Origin: Thermovirgaceae bacterium
GTDB lineage: Bacteria > Synergistota > Synergistia > Synergistales > Thermovirgaceae
Length of the DNA stretch: 36,873 bases
Assembly: GCA_046542505.1 (NCBI GenBank)
Contig: JBKHBH010000010.1
Location: 1-36,873 of the forward strand
Reading direction: 5' to 3'
Below the pieces are notes generated by a model. It was given only the letters and a program-made list of their open reading frames with translations. It was not told the DNA's origin and did not search any database. How positions within the stretch are numbered: the stretch's first letter is position 1; every line of letters begins with the position of its first letter. The translations under genes and the position numbers were made by a program. This document shows positions 8,529 to 16,997 of the stretch, piece by piece.

Positions 8529-10085
8529 ATGAGAATTACAGTAAAGGTTTTGTTCGCGGCGTTGGCCGTCGTTATCCTGTCATTTACAGCGGCAGGAGCG
8601 CAGACCATGACAATCGGGATGGGTGTCGAGCCTGTCAAGATGGATCCGGCGGATATTTCCGACAACCCCTCGGAAACGATCTGCCATCACATCTATGATA
8701 ATCTGATCGGTTTCAAGAAGGGGACCCTTGACCTCGAGAACCGTCTGGCAGAAAGCTATGAGGTTTCAGAAGACGGGAAAACCTGGGTGTTCAAGCTCAG
8801 GGAGGGGATTTCCTTTCACAGCGGAAACCCCTTTAACGCGGAAGCCGTCAAACACCATTTCGACAGGGTCCTGACGCAGAAACTCAACAGGTCTTCCCTT
8901 TATACGCCGGTCATCGACAGCGTGGAGGTGTTGGACGAATACACGGTACAGATGAACCTGAAGATGTCCTTCGGCCCATTCCCCTATATACTTGCCCATA
9001 CGGCCGGAACCATAGTGGACCCCGCATCTTTCGACGAGGAAGGGAACCTCGTGAACCCTTCAGGAACGGGTCCGTTCAAGTTTGAAAACTGGGAGAAGGG
9101 CGAACAGATCACCCTTGCCGCCAATGAAAATTATTTCAAGGGTTCGCCGAAGGTCGAGAAAATCGTCTGGAAAATCATCCCCGAGGACACGACCCGAACG
9201 ATGATGCTCGAGACGGGTGAACTTGATGTGGCCGAGAGGCTTTCCACCTATGAGGTTGAAAGGGTCAGGGAAATCGAAGGGATGAACGTCCATTCGGCGA
9301 ATTCTCTCAGGGTCATGTATATCGGCCTGAGTCTGAATCACCCCATTCTCGCCGACCAGAAAGTTCGTCAGGCTGTCGCTTACGCAATCGACAGGGCTGC
9401 TATCACCAAGACCATAATGGGTGGATATGCGCCGCTCATCAATACGCCGACGGCTTTCGACACCAATGGATACGTATCGATCGACGGCTATGAGTACGAT
9501 CCTGAAAAGGCCGGCAAGCTTCTGGATGAAGCCGGCTGGAAGATGGGCAAGGATGGCGTCAGGGAAAAGGACGGCCAGAAGATGGTCATCAACCAGTGGA
9601 CCTGCAGCGGAAGGTACCCCATGGACCATAAGGTTTCCGAGACGGTCCAGTCTTTCCTTTCCGAAGTAGGTATCAAGACCAAGATGACCACAATGGAGTG
9701 GGCTACATACCTTAGCGACCTGAGAGAACCCAGGGAAAAGAACAAGGCCGGTATTTTCTACCTTGGATGGTCCCCTTCCACGGGTGACGCCGACTGGGTG
9801 CTTCGTCCCAATTTCCATAGCGACAACATCGTCCCCGAGGGGAGCAACCGGACGTTCTACAGCAACGAAAGGGTTGACGAGCTCATCGAGGTTGGTATGA
9901 CGGAAACTGATCAAGAAAAGCGCCGGGCTGCATACAAGGAAGCCCAGGAAATCATTTCAGAGGAAGCACCCTGGGTGGTCATGTTCGTTATGCCCAACCT
10001 GATCGGTTCCAGCGAAAAAGTGGAGAACCTTGCCATCAGCCCCCTCGAAATGACACTGGTAACCTTCGAGACGGTGAAGAAATAG
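8529..10085 (+). CDS. Peptide ABC substrate-binding protein (family 5, DppA/GsiB-like)
   Basis: Signal peptide; LAESYEVSEDGKTWVFKLREGISFHSG; GTGPFKF. Confidence 0.93.
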   Translation: MRITVKVLFAALAVVILSFTAAGAQTMTIGMGVEPVKMDPADISDNPSETICHHIYDNLIGFKKGTLDLENRLAESYEVSEDGKTWVFKLREGISFHSGNPFNAEAVKHHFDRVLTQKLNRSSLYTPVIDSVEVLDEYTVQMNLKMSFGPFPYILAHTAGTIVDPASFDEEGNLVNPSGTGPFKFENWEKGEQITLAANENYFKGSPKVEKIVWKIIPEDTTRTMMLETGELDVAERLSTYEVERVREIEGMNVHSANSLRVMYIGLSLNHPILADQKVRQAVAYAIDRAAITKTIMGGYAPLINTPTAFDTNGYVSIDGYEYDPEKAGKLLDEAGWKMGKDGVREKDGQKMVINQWTCSGRYPMDHKVSETVQSFLSEVGIKTKMTTMEWATYLSDLREPREKNKAGIFYLGWSPSTGDADWVLRPNFHSDNIVPEGSNRTFYSNERVDELIEVGMTETDQEKRRAAYKEAQEIISEEAPWVVMFVMPNLIGSSEKVENLAISPLEMTLVTFETVKK

Positions 10086-10116
10086 TTCTTCGCAAACAAC
10101 AGCGGAAAAGGCAAGA

Positions 10117-10154
10117 GCAAAAAAGCCGGGGCACAATAGTCCCGGCTTTTTTGC
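10117..10154. terminator. Bidirectional intrinsic terminator
   Basis: GCAAAAAAGCCGGG-N10-CCCGGCTTTTTTGC. Confidence 0.9.
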
Positions 10155-10215
10155 CTAAAAGGCCTTGGAAGTGGGATAATGCGGGGGTGAAATCTTCCCG
10201 AAAGGACGCGATTTT

Positions 10216-11328
10216 ATGATTAACGAGAAACGGCTGCTGGATAATTTCCTGGAGCTGGTGAAAATCAAGGCGCCTTCCTTCGAAGAAAAACCCCTGGCGG
10301 AAGTTCTCCAGGGCCTGCTTTCGCGGCGGGGGCTTGATGTCATAATCGATGCGAGCATGGAGGAAACGGGCAGTAATACCGGGAATGTAATCGCCTGGCT
10401 TGAACCTTCCCCCGGCCGCACCGACTGGGTTGCCTTTTCCGCCCATATGGATACCGTTTTCCTTGACAGGGAGGTCTCTCCACGGGTAAAGGACAAAGTC
10501 GTGACATCCGACGGGCAGACGATCCTCGGTGCCGACGACAGGGCCGGGATCGCCGTGGCGCTGGAAGCCCTTGAGGTCCTCCTGGAAAAGGGGATGTCGC
10601 ATCCAGGGATAGAGCTGGTCTTCTCCGTCGCGGAAGAACAGGGGCTGGTCGGAGCGAAAGCGCTGAACCGGCAAGACTTGAAAGCGGACCGGGCCTTTGT
10701 CCTGGATAGCTCCATGGATCCCGGTCATATCATCATTGCCGCGCCGACGCAGTACAAGCTGTTTTGGACCGTGCACGGCAAGGCTTCCCATGCTGGCGTT
10801 GCCCCGGAAGAGGGTGTCAGCGCCATTCTGGCTGCTGCGGCGGGGATTGTCCAGGTTCCCCAGGGGCGCATCGATGAGGGGACGACGGCCAACATAGGTG
10901 TCATAAAAGGCGGCAAGGCAACGAACATCGTATGTGACCGAGTCGATATTCAGGCTGAGGGCCGGTCGCTCGACGAAAGCAAAGCCCGGGACCAGGTCGA
11001 AACCATGTCCCGGGCCATGCGCGACGGTGTCGAAGGCAAAGGCGCATGGCTTGAGGAAAGCCGGGAGTTGTCGTACCCGGGATTCAGGATGGACAAAAGC
11101 GACCCCGTCGTCGCCTCGGCCGTTGAAGCGGTCCGCCGGTGTGGTCTTGAACCGAAGCTCGTTTCAGCAGGCGGGGGAAGTGACGCCAACATCCTCAACG
11201 GCAAGGGCCTTCCGGCGGTGAACCTGGCCCTTGGTATGGAAAAGGTCCACACCGTGGAAGAACGGATCGCCGCACATGATCTTGTGAAGGCTGCGGAGAT
11301 CGTGTTACAGTTGATGGCCAGCGGTTAG
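10216..11328 (+). CDS. M20 metallopeptidase (peptidase T-like, YqjE type)
   Basis: AHMDTV, LGADDRAG, VAEEQGL, GKASHAG, GGGSDAN, HTVEE. Confidence 0.9.
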   Translation: MINEKRLLDNFLELVKIKAPSFEEKPLAEVLQGLLSRRGLDVIIDASMEETGSNTGNVIAWLEPSPGRTDWVAFSAHMDTVFLDREVSPRVKDKVVTSDGQTILGADDRAGIAVALEALEVLLEKGMSHPGIELVFSVAEEQGLVGAKALNRQDLKADRAFVLDSSMDPGHIIIAAPTQYKLFWTVHGKASHAGVAPEEGVSAILAAAAGIVQVPQGRIDEGTTANIGVIKGGKATNIVCDRVDIQAEGRSLDESKARDQVETMSRAMRDGVEGKGAWLEESRELSYPGFRMDKSDPVVASAVEAVRRCGLEPKLVSAGGGSDANILNGKGLPAVNLALGMEKVHTVEERIAAHDLVKAAEIVLQLMASG

Positions 11329-11460
11329 GAAAAACAAGCCGAGCCCTGTATCGATCATCTCAGCGCAGGTTCCGTGTGAGGAGAAATACTCTGTCCCAGA
11401 GCGCCTGTCCAAAATCAATATCTGTTGGTCCCGTGGCGGCGGTGTTCGGCAAGGCTTGTC

Positions 11461-11489
11461 TTGTCCTTTCACGGTGATTGTGGTAGCTT
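11461..11489 (+). promoter_or_regulatory. Putative promoter for the riboswitch-oadB transcript
   Basis: TTGTCC-N17-TAGCTT with extended -10 TG. Confidence 0.45.
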
Positions 11490-11534
11490 TTATCCATAGG
11501 GCATAAGGAGTTAAACCGGGAAATGATCGGAAAA

Positions 11535-11636
11535 CACACTAAAGGGGAGTAGCTTTCGGGCGAAGTCACCAGCACGGCGCAAGACGCCTGGCTTCGCCGG
11601 CGGCTTGAAGTAGTCGTTAGCGAGACTTTTAGCGTG
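11535..11636 (+). ncRNA. yybP-ykoY (Mn2+) riboswitch aptamer
   Basis: AAAGGGGAGUAGC ... CGAAGUCACCAGCAC-GGCG/CGCC-UGGCUUCG ... UUAGCGAGACUUUU. P1 pairs CACACUAAAGG (11535-11545) with CUUUUAGCGUG (11626-11636). Matches the RF00080 layout. Confidence 0.85.
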
Positions 11637-11668
11637 GCAGATGCCATGCATGAAGTCTCGCTTTTTTT
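11619..11668 (+). terminator. Riboswitch expression-platform terminator
   Basis: AGCGAGACTT (11619-11628) pairs with AAGTCTCGCT (11653-11662), followed by a T-tract. The left arm overlaps the aptamer 3' strand. Confidence 0.85.
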
Positions 11669-11687
11669 ATGAAGGGGAGGAAACGCA

Positions 11688-12809
11688 ATGGACTGGTTGA
11701 TGACCATCGCAGAGGCTTTCACCTACAAACAGGCCGTCATGATGCTCGTCGGGTTGGCCTTGATATGGCTTGCCGTAAAGAAGGAATTCGAACCAAATCT
11801 GCTGCTTCCCATGGGGTTCGGGACGATTCTGGTCAATATCCCCCTTTCGTCGGCGATCACGCGGGTTGTGGATGGTGTGACCACCGAGGGGGCGCTCAGC
11901 CTGCTTTTTGATATTGGAATCGCTACAGAACTTTTCCCCTTGCTTATTTTTATTGCCGTAGGGGCCATGATCGACTTTACGCCCCTTCTGTCGAACCCCG
12001 TCATGTTCACCTTCGGTCTCGCTGCACAGGCGGGGATCTTTCTTACCATGGGGCTTGCCCTGTTTTTCGGGTTTGATATCAAGGAGGCCGCTTCCATCGG
12101 GATTATAGGTGCCGCAGACGGCCCGACGTCCATATATGTGTCGGCCCGCTTTGCGCCCCACCTTCTTGGACCCATTTCCGTGGCGGCCTACACCTACATG
12201 GCTATCGTGCCCCTGATCCAGCCGCCTGTGATCCGTCTGCTTACCACCAGAAACGAAAGACGGATCCGAATGGGTTATTCCGACAGGCCAGTCTCAAAAA
12301 AAACGAAGATCCTTTTCCCCGTTGCCGTCACTTTCGCGGCTGGTTTTATCGCTCCCGCTTCGGTGTCGCTCATAGGTTTTTTAATGTTCGGCAATCTTGT
12401 CAGGGAGTGCGGCGTTCTTGAGCGCCTTTCTCATGCCGCGCAGAACGAGCTGGCCAATCTCGTGACCCTTCTGCTGGGTCTTTCCATTTCGGCCACCATG
12501 ACGGGAGACCGTTTTGTCCAGCCCGCGACCCTTCTCGTCATCGGTATGGGGCTTGTGGCATTCATCCTGGACACAGCTGCAGGGGTCACCGCCGCCAAGG
12601 TGCTGAATTTGTTTTTGAAGCGGAAGGTCAATCCCATGGTGGGTGCTGCCGGAATTTCGGCCTTTCCCATGTCCGCCCGAGTGATCCAGCGGCTGGGGCA
12701 GCAGGAGGATCCACAGAATTTCCTGCTCATGCACGCCGTCGGGGCCAACGTGGCCGGGCAGATAGGCTCGGTTCTTGCAGGCGGCTTGCTCCTGGCCTGG
12801 CTCGCATAA
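11688..12809 (+). CDS. oadB: Na+-translocating decarboxylase beta subunit (OadB/GcdB/MmdB family)
   Basis: FEPNLLLPMGFG, FPLLIFIAVGAMIDF, IGIIGAADGPTSIY, VGAAGISAFPMSARV, NFLLMHAVGANVAGQIGS; RBS GGGAGG. Confidence 0.92.
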   Translation: MDWLMTIAEAFTYKQAVMMLVGLALIWLAVKKEFEPNLLLPMGFGTILVNIPLSSAITRVVDGVTTEGALSLLFDIGIATELFPLLIFIAVGAMIDFTPLLSNPVMFTFGLAAQAGIFLTMGLALFFGFDIKEAASIGIIGAADGPTSIYVSARFAPHLLGPISVAAYTYMAIVPLIQPPVIRLLTTRNERRIRMGYSDRPVSKKTKILFPVAVTFAAGFIAPASVSLIGFLMFGNLVRECGVLERLSHAAQNELANLVTLLLGLSISATMTGDRFVQPATLLVIGMGLVAFILDTAAGVTAAKVLNLFLKRKVNPMVGAAGISAFPMSARVIQRLGQQEDPQNFLLMHAVGANVAGQIGSVLAGGLLLAWLA

Positions 12810-12814
12810 GCTGT

Positions 12815-14089
12815 TTACAGGTTTCGGAAAGGGGCCAGTTCTCCTGCTGGACCTGACAAAAGAGGTATGCCTCGAGCTACCGCCTCGAGGTCTGGATGTT
12901 CGTTCACTTCATCGAGCAGATTTTCGGAAACCATAATGTATTCCAAATCCAGCGTGTTTTTGACCCGAACGACCCTGGTTCCCCTGCCGCCCCCCAGAAC
13001 GAGGCCCGCGGCGACTGCCTGGCGGTCGGAATCAAGTACCATGGGGAGGCGTTCCGTCACCTTTGAGGCGATTGCATTGGCATAAGTGGCAACGAAATCC
13101 GTTTTTTTGCAAAGCCGCGCCGTGGTGATGTCCGCCATTCCGATTCCCGAGGCATTGCCTCCGGAAGCCTCGGTGAGGTCAAAAACGGCTATCCAGTCGG
13201 TGGAGAAAGTCGTTCCGGCCTTTCGTGATCCGTCGAAGGCACGTCCCGTGACATTCGGGTCCATGCCGGCGCCCGAAATGTCCTTCCCCATCCTTTCGAC
13301 CAGAAGCAGCTCGCACTTCCGGAGCAGGATTCTCCCCATCAGTCTTCTCGCGCGTTCGAGAAGACGGGGTTCCTCTGTATCGATATCACCGGGGAGGAAT
13401 CCGAAAATTCCGGCCGTTTCCTCGTAGGCGTTTTCGAGGATGCCGATTCCTCCAAGTACCGGAAGCTTCGACGTCACGACTTTACGGACTTCCGGGAGGA
13501 CTGCGGTCATTTCGTCGAGACCGTGGCTGTGGCATGCCAATGCGCCCCTTGTGTTGCCGATCCCCACGGAGAGCATTTTCGTCAGGCCGCTTTCAAATGG
13601 TCCCGACACATCAGTGTGCGGCTTGATCCGGTTTACGGCGAGAATCCCGTCCGATTCGGCCGCAATGGCATCGACCCAAACGGGAACACCGCCTTCGGTC
13701 TCGCCGATTTGGACCGATTCAGAGGAAGACCGGATTGGAGCACCCGTGGATTTTTCGGTGATCCCTAGATTTCGAAGGACATCAATCTGGCCCTCGGGCG
13801 TTCCTCCTCCATGGCTTCCCATTGCCGGAATGATGAAAGGTTCTGCGCCTTTTGTTTTGAGATATCCGGCGATGATCCTGTGAATCTCGGGGATGGAGGT
13901 GATTCCGCGGCTCCCCGCCGTGACGGCGATTCGCAGGCCGCGGGGAATGTCTTTCTCCCGGATCACCCGGTCAAGGGCTTCGAAAAGACTCTTCTCGAGA
14001 CTTTCCATTCGGGGCCTTGGAAATTTTTGTCGTACAAGATGCGTTTCCGGGATCTGGACGTCCCGGAGAAGTCCGGACAAGTTTGCCAA
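12815..14089 (-). CDS. LarA-like / DUF2088 lactate-racemase-domain protein
   Basis: AVTAGSRGI, PAMGSHGG, NRIKPHT, ESGLTKM, GKDISGAGMDPNVTGR. TTG 14089 has AAGGAG at 8-nt spacing, whereas GTG 14098 overlaps the RBS. Confidence 0.78.
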   Translation of the reverse strand: MANLSGLLRDVQIPETHLVRQKFPRPRMESLEKSLFEALDRVIREKDIPRGLRIAVTAGSRGITSIPEIHRIIAGYLKTKGAEPFIIPAMGSHGGGTPEGQIDVLRNLGITEKSTGAPIRSSSESVQIGETEGGVPVWVDAIAAESDGILAVNRIKPHTDVSGPFESGLTKMLSVGIGNTRGALACHSHGLDEMTAVLPEVRKVVTSKLPVLGGIGILENAYEETAGIFGFLPGDIDTEEPRLLERARRLMGRILLRKCELLLVERMGKDISGAGMDPNVTGRAFDGSRKAGTTFSTDWIAVFDLTEASGGNASGIGMADITTARLCKKTDFVATYANAIASKVTERLPMVLDSDRQAVAAGLVLGGGRGTRVVRVKNTLDLEYIMVSENLLDEVNEHPDLEAVARGIPLLSGPAGELAPFRNL

Positions 14090-14143
14090 GAAGGTCACTC
14101 CTTATTATGCAGGTGTTGAAGACAGGTACAGGTCTTCCGCTCG

Positions 14144-15238
14144 TTATTCCTTTTTGTCAGATCGTTCGGGGAGCGCAAGTTCGAAACGGTTGGAATAGGC
14201 AGTCATCTCTTCCCAGGTCTTTTCATCCAGGGGAACGCCTTCTTCAAGAGATTGCAGGCGCCTGAGACGTTCTTTTTCCCCGTGGATATAAATACGGTTT
14301 TTGCCTTCTGCTTTTTCGGAGGATCGAATCTCGTCAAGTATGGATTGTACCAGAGAGGTTATTTCCTCCGGTTCTCCGAACAGATCGAGACTCAAGGCGG
14401 CGAAGAAATGAGTGATAGCTCCGCCCTTTTCCGGAGAAAAGACGTGACGGCTCCAGGTTCCGCCTGAAAGGGCCGAGCAGAAAAGTTCCACCAACAGTCC
14501 AAGCCCGAATCCCTTGTGACCTCCAAGCATTTCGCCTCGCCCGCCGAGCATGAGCTGCCCGCCAAAGGGGAGGGCACTCTTGAAAAGCTCACTCATGGCG
14601 GCTGAATTCGTGGTATCGGCTCCACTGTCGTCCACGGCCCAGCCGAGGGGCATTTCAAGATTCCTTCTGGCATAGGTCTCGATCTTCCCGTGGGGTACTG
14701 TCGTGGTCGCCATGTCCAGGAGGAAAGCACCGTCATTAGTCGCAGGGAAGGCGACGGCGATGGGGTTTGTCCCCAGAAGGCGTTCTCTGCCGTGAGTTAC
14801 AATGGCGAAGGGTTCCGTATTTGTCATGGTGATCCCTATGCACTTTTGTGGTGGGGCCATTTCAGCCCAGAGTCCCGCCATCCCGAAATGGTTTGAATTC
14901 CTGACTGAGCAGAACCCGACCCCTCTTTCTGAAGCTTTCCCGAGGCAGGCTTTCATGGACTTGAGGGCGATGTCCATCCCGATTCCGTTGTTTCCATCCA
15001 GCACTGTAGAAAGAGGTGTTTCATAAACGGTTTCCGTCGGGGCGTCGGGCAGGAAGATCCCTTGCCTTACGTACCGCTCGTAGTCTACAATCCGCTGGAG
15101 TCCGTGGGAGGGAACCCCCCGGGCGTCGGCTTCCACCAGCGCCCAGGAGGTGATTTTCGCCTTTTCCCTCGAGTATCCGATGTTTTCAAGTACTTCTGTT
15201 GCGAAGTTGACGAGATTTTCGTAACGCAGCCGGATCAT
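14144..15238 (-). CDS. Ldh_2-family oxidoreductase (type 2 malate/L-lactate/sulfolactate dehydrogenase family)
   Basis: EADARGVPSHG, RNSNHFG, GTNPIAVA, LDMATT, GHKGFGL. ATG 15238 is preceded by AGGAG. Confidence 0.9.
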   Translation of the reverse strand: MIRLRYENLVNFATEVLENIGYSREKAKITSWALVEADARGVPSHGLQRIVDYERYVRQGIFLPDAPTETVYETPLSTVLDGNNGIGMDIALKSMKACLGKASERGVGFCSVRNSNHFGMAGLWAEMAPPQKCIGITMTNTEPFAIVTHGRERLLGTNPIAVAFPATNDGAFLLDMATTTVPHGKIETYARRNLEMPLGWAVDDSGADTTNSAAMSELFKSALPFGGQLMLGGRGEMLGGHKGFGLGLLVELFCSALSGGTWSRHVFSPEKGGAITHFFAALSLDLFGEPEEITSLVQSILDEIRSSEKAEGKNRIYIHGEKERLRRLQSLEEGVPLDEKTWEEMTAYSNRFELALPERSDKKE

Positions 15239-15248
15239 CAGGATACTC

Positions 15249-16613
15249 CTAGCCGGCGAAAAAGAGCGCCAGCGGTGCCAGCAGGAAGACGGAGAAAACT
15301 GCCCTGATGGCGTAAATGCCGGTGAGCTTGCCGACTCCAAGGGGAATTCTCGAGTTGAGAATCAAAACGCCAACTTCGGTCATATAGATCAGTCCCGTGG
15401 CGGAAATGCCGGCGCACATGAACTTGGCGGCCTCTGCGGTCCGGTCGGCGCCAATGACGGCAGCCAGAAACTGGTCGGCGTAGCTCAGGACAAAGGCTGG
15501 CGCTACGTCAGCGGCCTCGGGGATACGGACCAATGCCAGCATCCAGGCGAAAGGTGCCGACATCCACTGGAAGAGCGGCGTGTTATTGGCGATGATAAGC
15601 ACTATGGTTCCCCAAGAAACGACCAGTGGCATGGTAGTGACGATGAGAGAGGTAAAGGTTCGCAGGCAGGTGCTGATGACGGTGTGAGGCCCCTGGTCTT
15701 TGGCCTTTTCGACAGCCGTGTGAACAGCCCATTCCTTGAGGGTGAAACCCTCGGGAATATCCTCGCTCAGCTCCTGTTTGCCCGTTCCTGAATAGGTGTC
15801 CGGAATGCTTCTGAGAGGCCAGATCCTGGGCATGATCAGGGCGAGGATGAAGGTGACCAAATAGACGGCCAAAAGAATCTGGAAATACATGTGAGGCAAA
15901 CCGACAAAGTCGGCCATCAGGTAGATGTAGGCGATACTGATGACGGAAAAGCACGTGGAGATGATTGCCCCTTCACGGTCGCTGTAGTACCCCTCGTTGT
16001 GCATTTTCGTCGTGATGACGACTCCTACGGAACTGCTCCCAACCCAGGAGGCCATGCAGTCCACGGCGGCCCTTCCCGGAAGGGTGAATAGCGGCCTGAA
16101 AAGCGGGCGCGCCATGGTGCCTATGTACTCCATGAGTCCGAAATCGGTCAAAAAGGGAACGATAAAGGCCAGCACGATGAAAACGACGAGAAGTGCCGGG
16201 GCGAGAACCATGCCCGGGGTTCCGCCGTTGTCCATGCTCCAGATGATTTCCGGGCCGATCTTGAAATAAATCAACGGATAGAAGATGGCCCCGAGAAGCC
16301 TGGACGCGACCCAGAAGGGCGAGACGACAAAGATTTCGTTCAAAAAGTCGTGTCCAGTGACAAAGCGGGGTCTTGTGACCACGGCGTAGAGGGTGAAAAG
16401 CGCTCCAGCGCAGACGAAGATCATTGCCAGAACCGGCAGGTAGTCCCCCAGTATGCTCTTGCCGAGATCAATGGCGATGCCCAGAGGTGTGTTGATCGTG
16501 TGCTCCTGCGGAATGGGGAACAAAAAGGCGACCGCCCCTATGAGCGACGGGATGAGGAACTTGTGAAAATCCCTTCTGGTATGTACGGGCCTTGTTCCAG
16601 AATCATTTGCCAT
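15249..16613 (-). CDS. YjiH-family (Gate domain, COG3314-like) membrane transporter
   Basis: Multi-TM; DFGLMEYIG, RPLFTLPGRAAVDCMASWVGS, GYYSDRE, YADQFL, LIYMTEVG. Confidence 0.85.
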   Translation of the reverse strand: MANDSGTRPVHTRRDFHKFLIPSLIGAVAFLFPIPQEHTINTPLGIAIDLGKSILGDYLPVLAMIFVCAGALFTLYAVVTRPRFVTGHDFLNEIFVVSPFWVASRLLGAIFYPLIYFKIGPEIIWSMDNGGTPGMVLAPALLVVFIVLAFIVPFLTDFGLMEYIGTMARPLFRPLFTLPGRAAVDCMASWVGSSSVGVVITTKMHNEGYYSDREGAIISTCFSVISIAYIYLMADFVGLPHMYFQILLAVYLVTFILALIMPRIWPLRSIPDTYSGTGKQELSEDIPEGFTLKEWAVHTAVEKAKDQGPHTVISTCLRTFTSLIVTTMPLVVSWGTIVLIIANNTPLFQWMSAPFAWMLALVRIPEAADVAPAFVLSYADQFLAAVIGADRTAEAAKFMCAGISATGLIYMTEVGVLILNSRIPLGVGKLTGIYAIRAVFSVFLLAPLALFFAG

Positions 16614-16880
16614 GTCAATCATTCTCCTTTCCAGACTGTTGGATGCCTCACGCGGTGTTCGTGTATTTTGAAATGACCCCTTCGGGCCTCGATCAGCCTC
16701 TTCGCGCAGGACCTTCGTGTCGTTCCCGGGTCGGGAAAAGGTCGGTGAAGGTTTGCCTGCGACGAGGGAAAGAGATCACGGGGAATGAACCCGTACGATC
16801 AGGTCTTGTAACATCAGTCACGGAGCATGTGGTTTTTTGAAGCCAGAAGCCCGGAAAGAACGACCATGGGGTCTCCTCCG

Positions 16881-16913
16881 GCTATTAGTGGATCCAGTGG
16901 ATCCACTAATAGC
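16881..16913. promoter_or_regulatory. 33-bp palindromic double operator between divergent yjiH-like and gntR genes
   Basis: GCTATTAGTGGATCCA-G-TGGATCCACTAATAGC, with two tandem TGGATCCA cores. Confidence 0.75.
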
Positions 16914-16916
16914 GAT

Positions 16917-16946
16917 ACGGTATCATAGTGAAAATGCGGTTGTCAA
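16917..16946 (-). promoter_or_regulatory. Putative promoter for the yjiH-ldh2-larA operon
   Basis: Minus-strand TTGACA (16946-16941), N18, TACCGT (16922-16917), immediately upstream of the palindrome. Confidence 0.5.
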
Positions 16947-16997
16947 AAGACAAACTCAAAAAGTTTTGCCAGCGCGAAACATGGAGGAGGGAAAACC

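Noticed and set aside
8466..10138. GGCACAATA occurring on both sides of the SBP gene (target-site duplication?)
   Set aside because: Only 9 bp, with no inverted repeats or transposase; compatible with chance.
14144..15340. N-terminal extensions in the ORF track (also starts at 298, 3103, 4965, 18080, 28767, 30287, 31737, 33260, 34790)
   Set aside because: They overlap neighbouring genes or intergenic signals; downstream starts have better RBS placement or coupling and match family N-termini.
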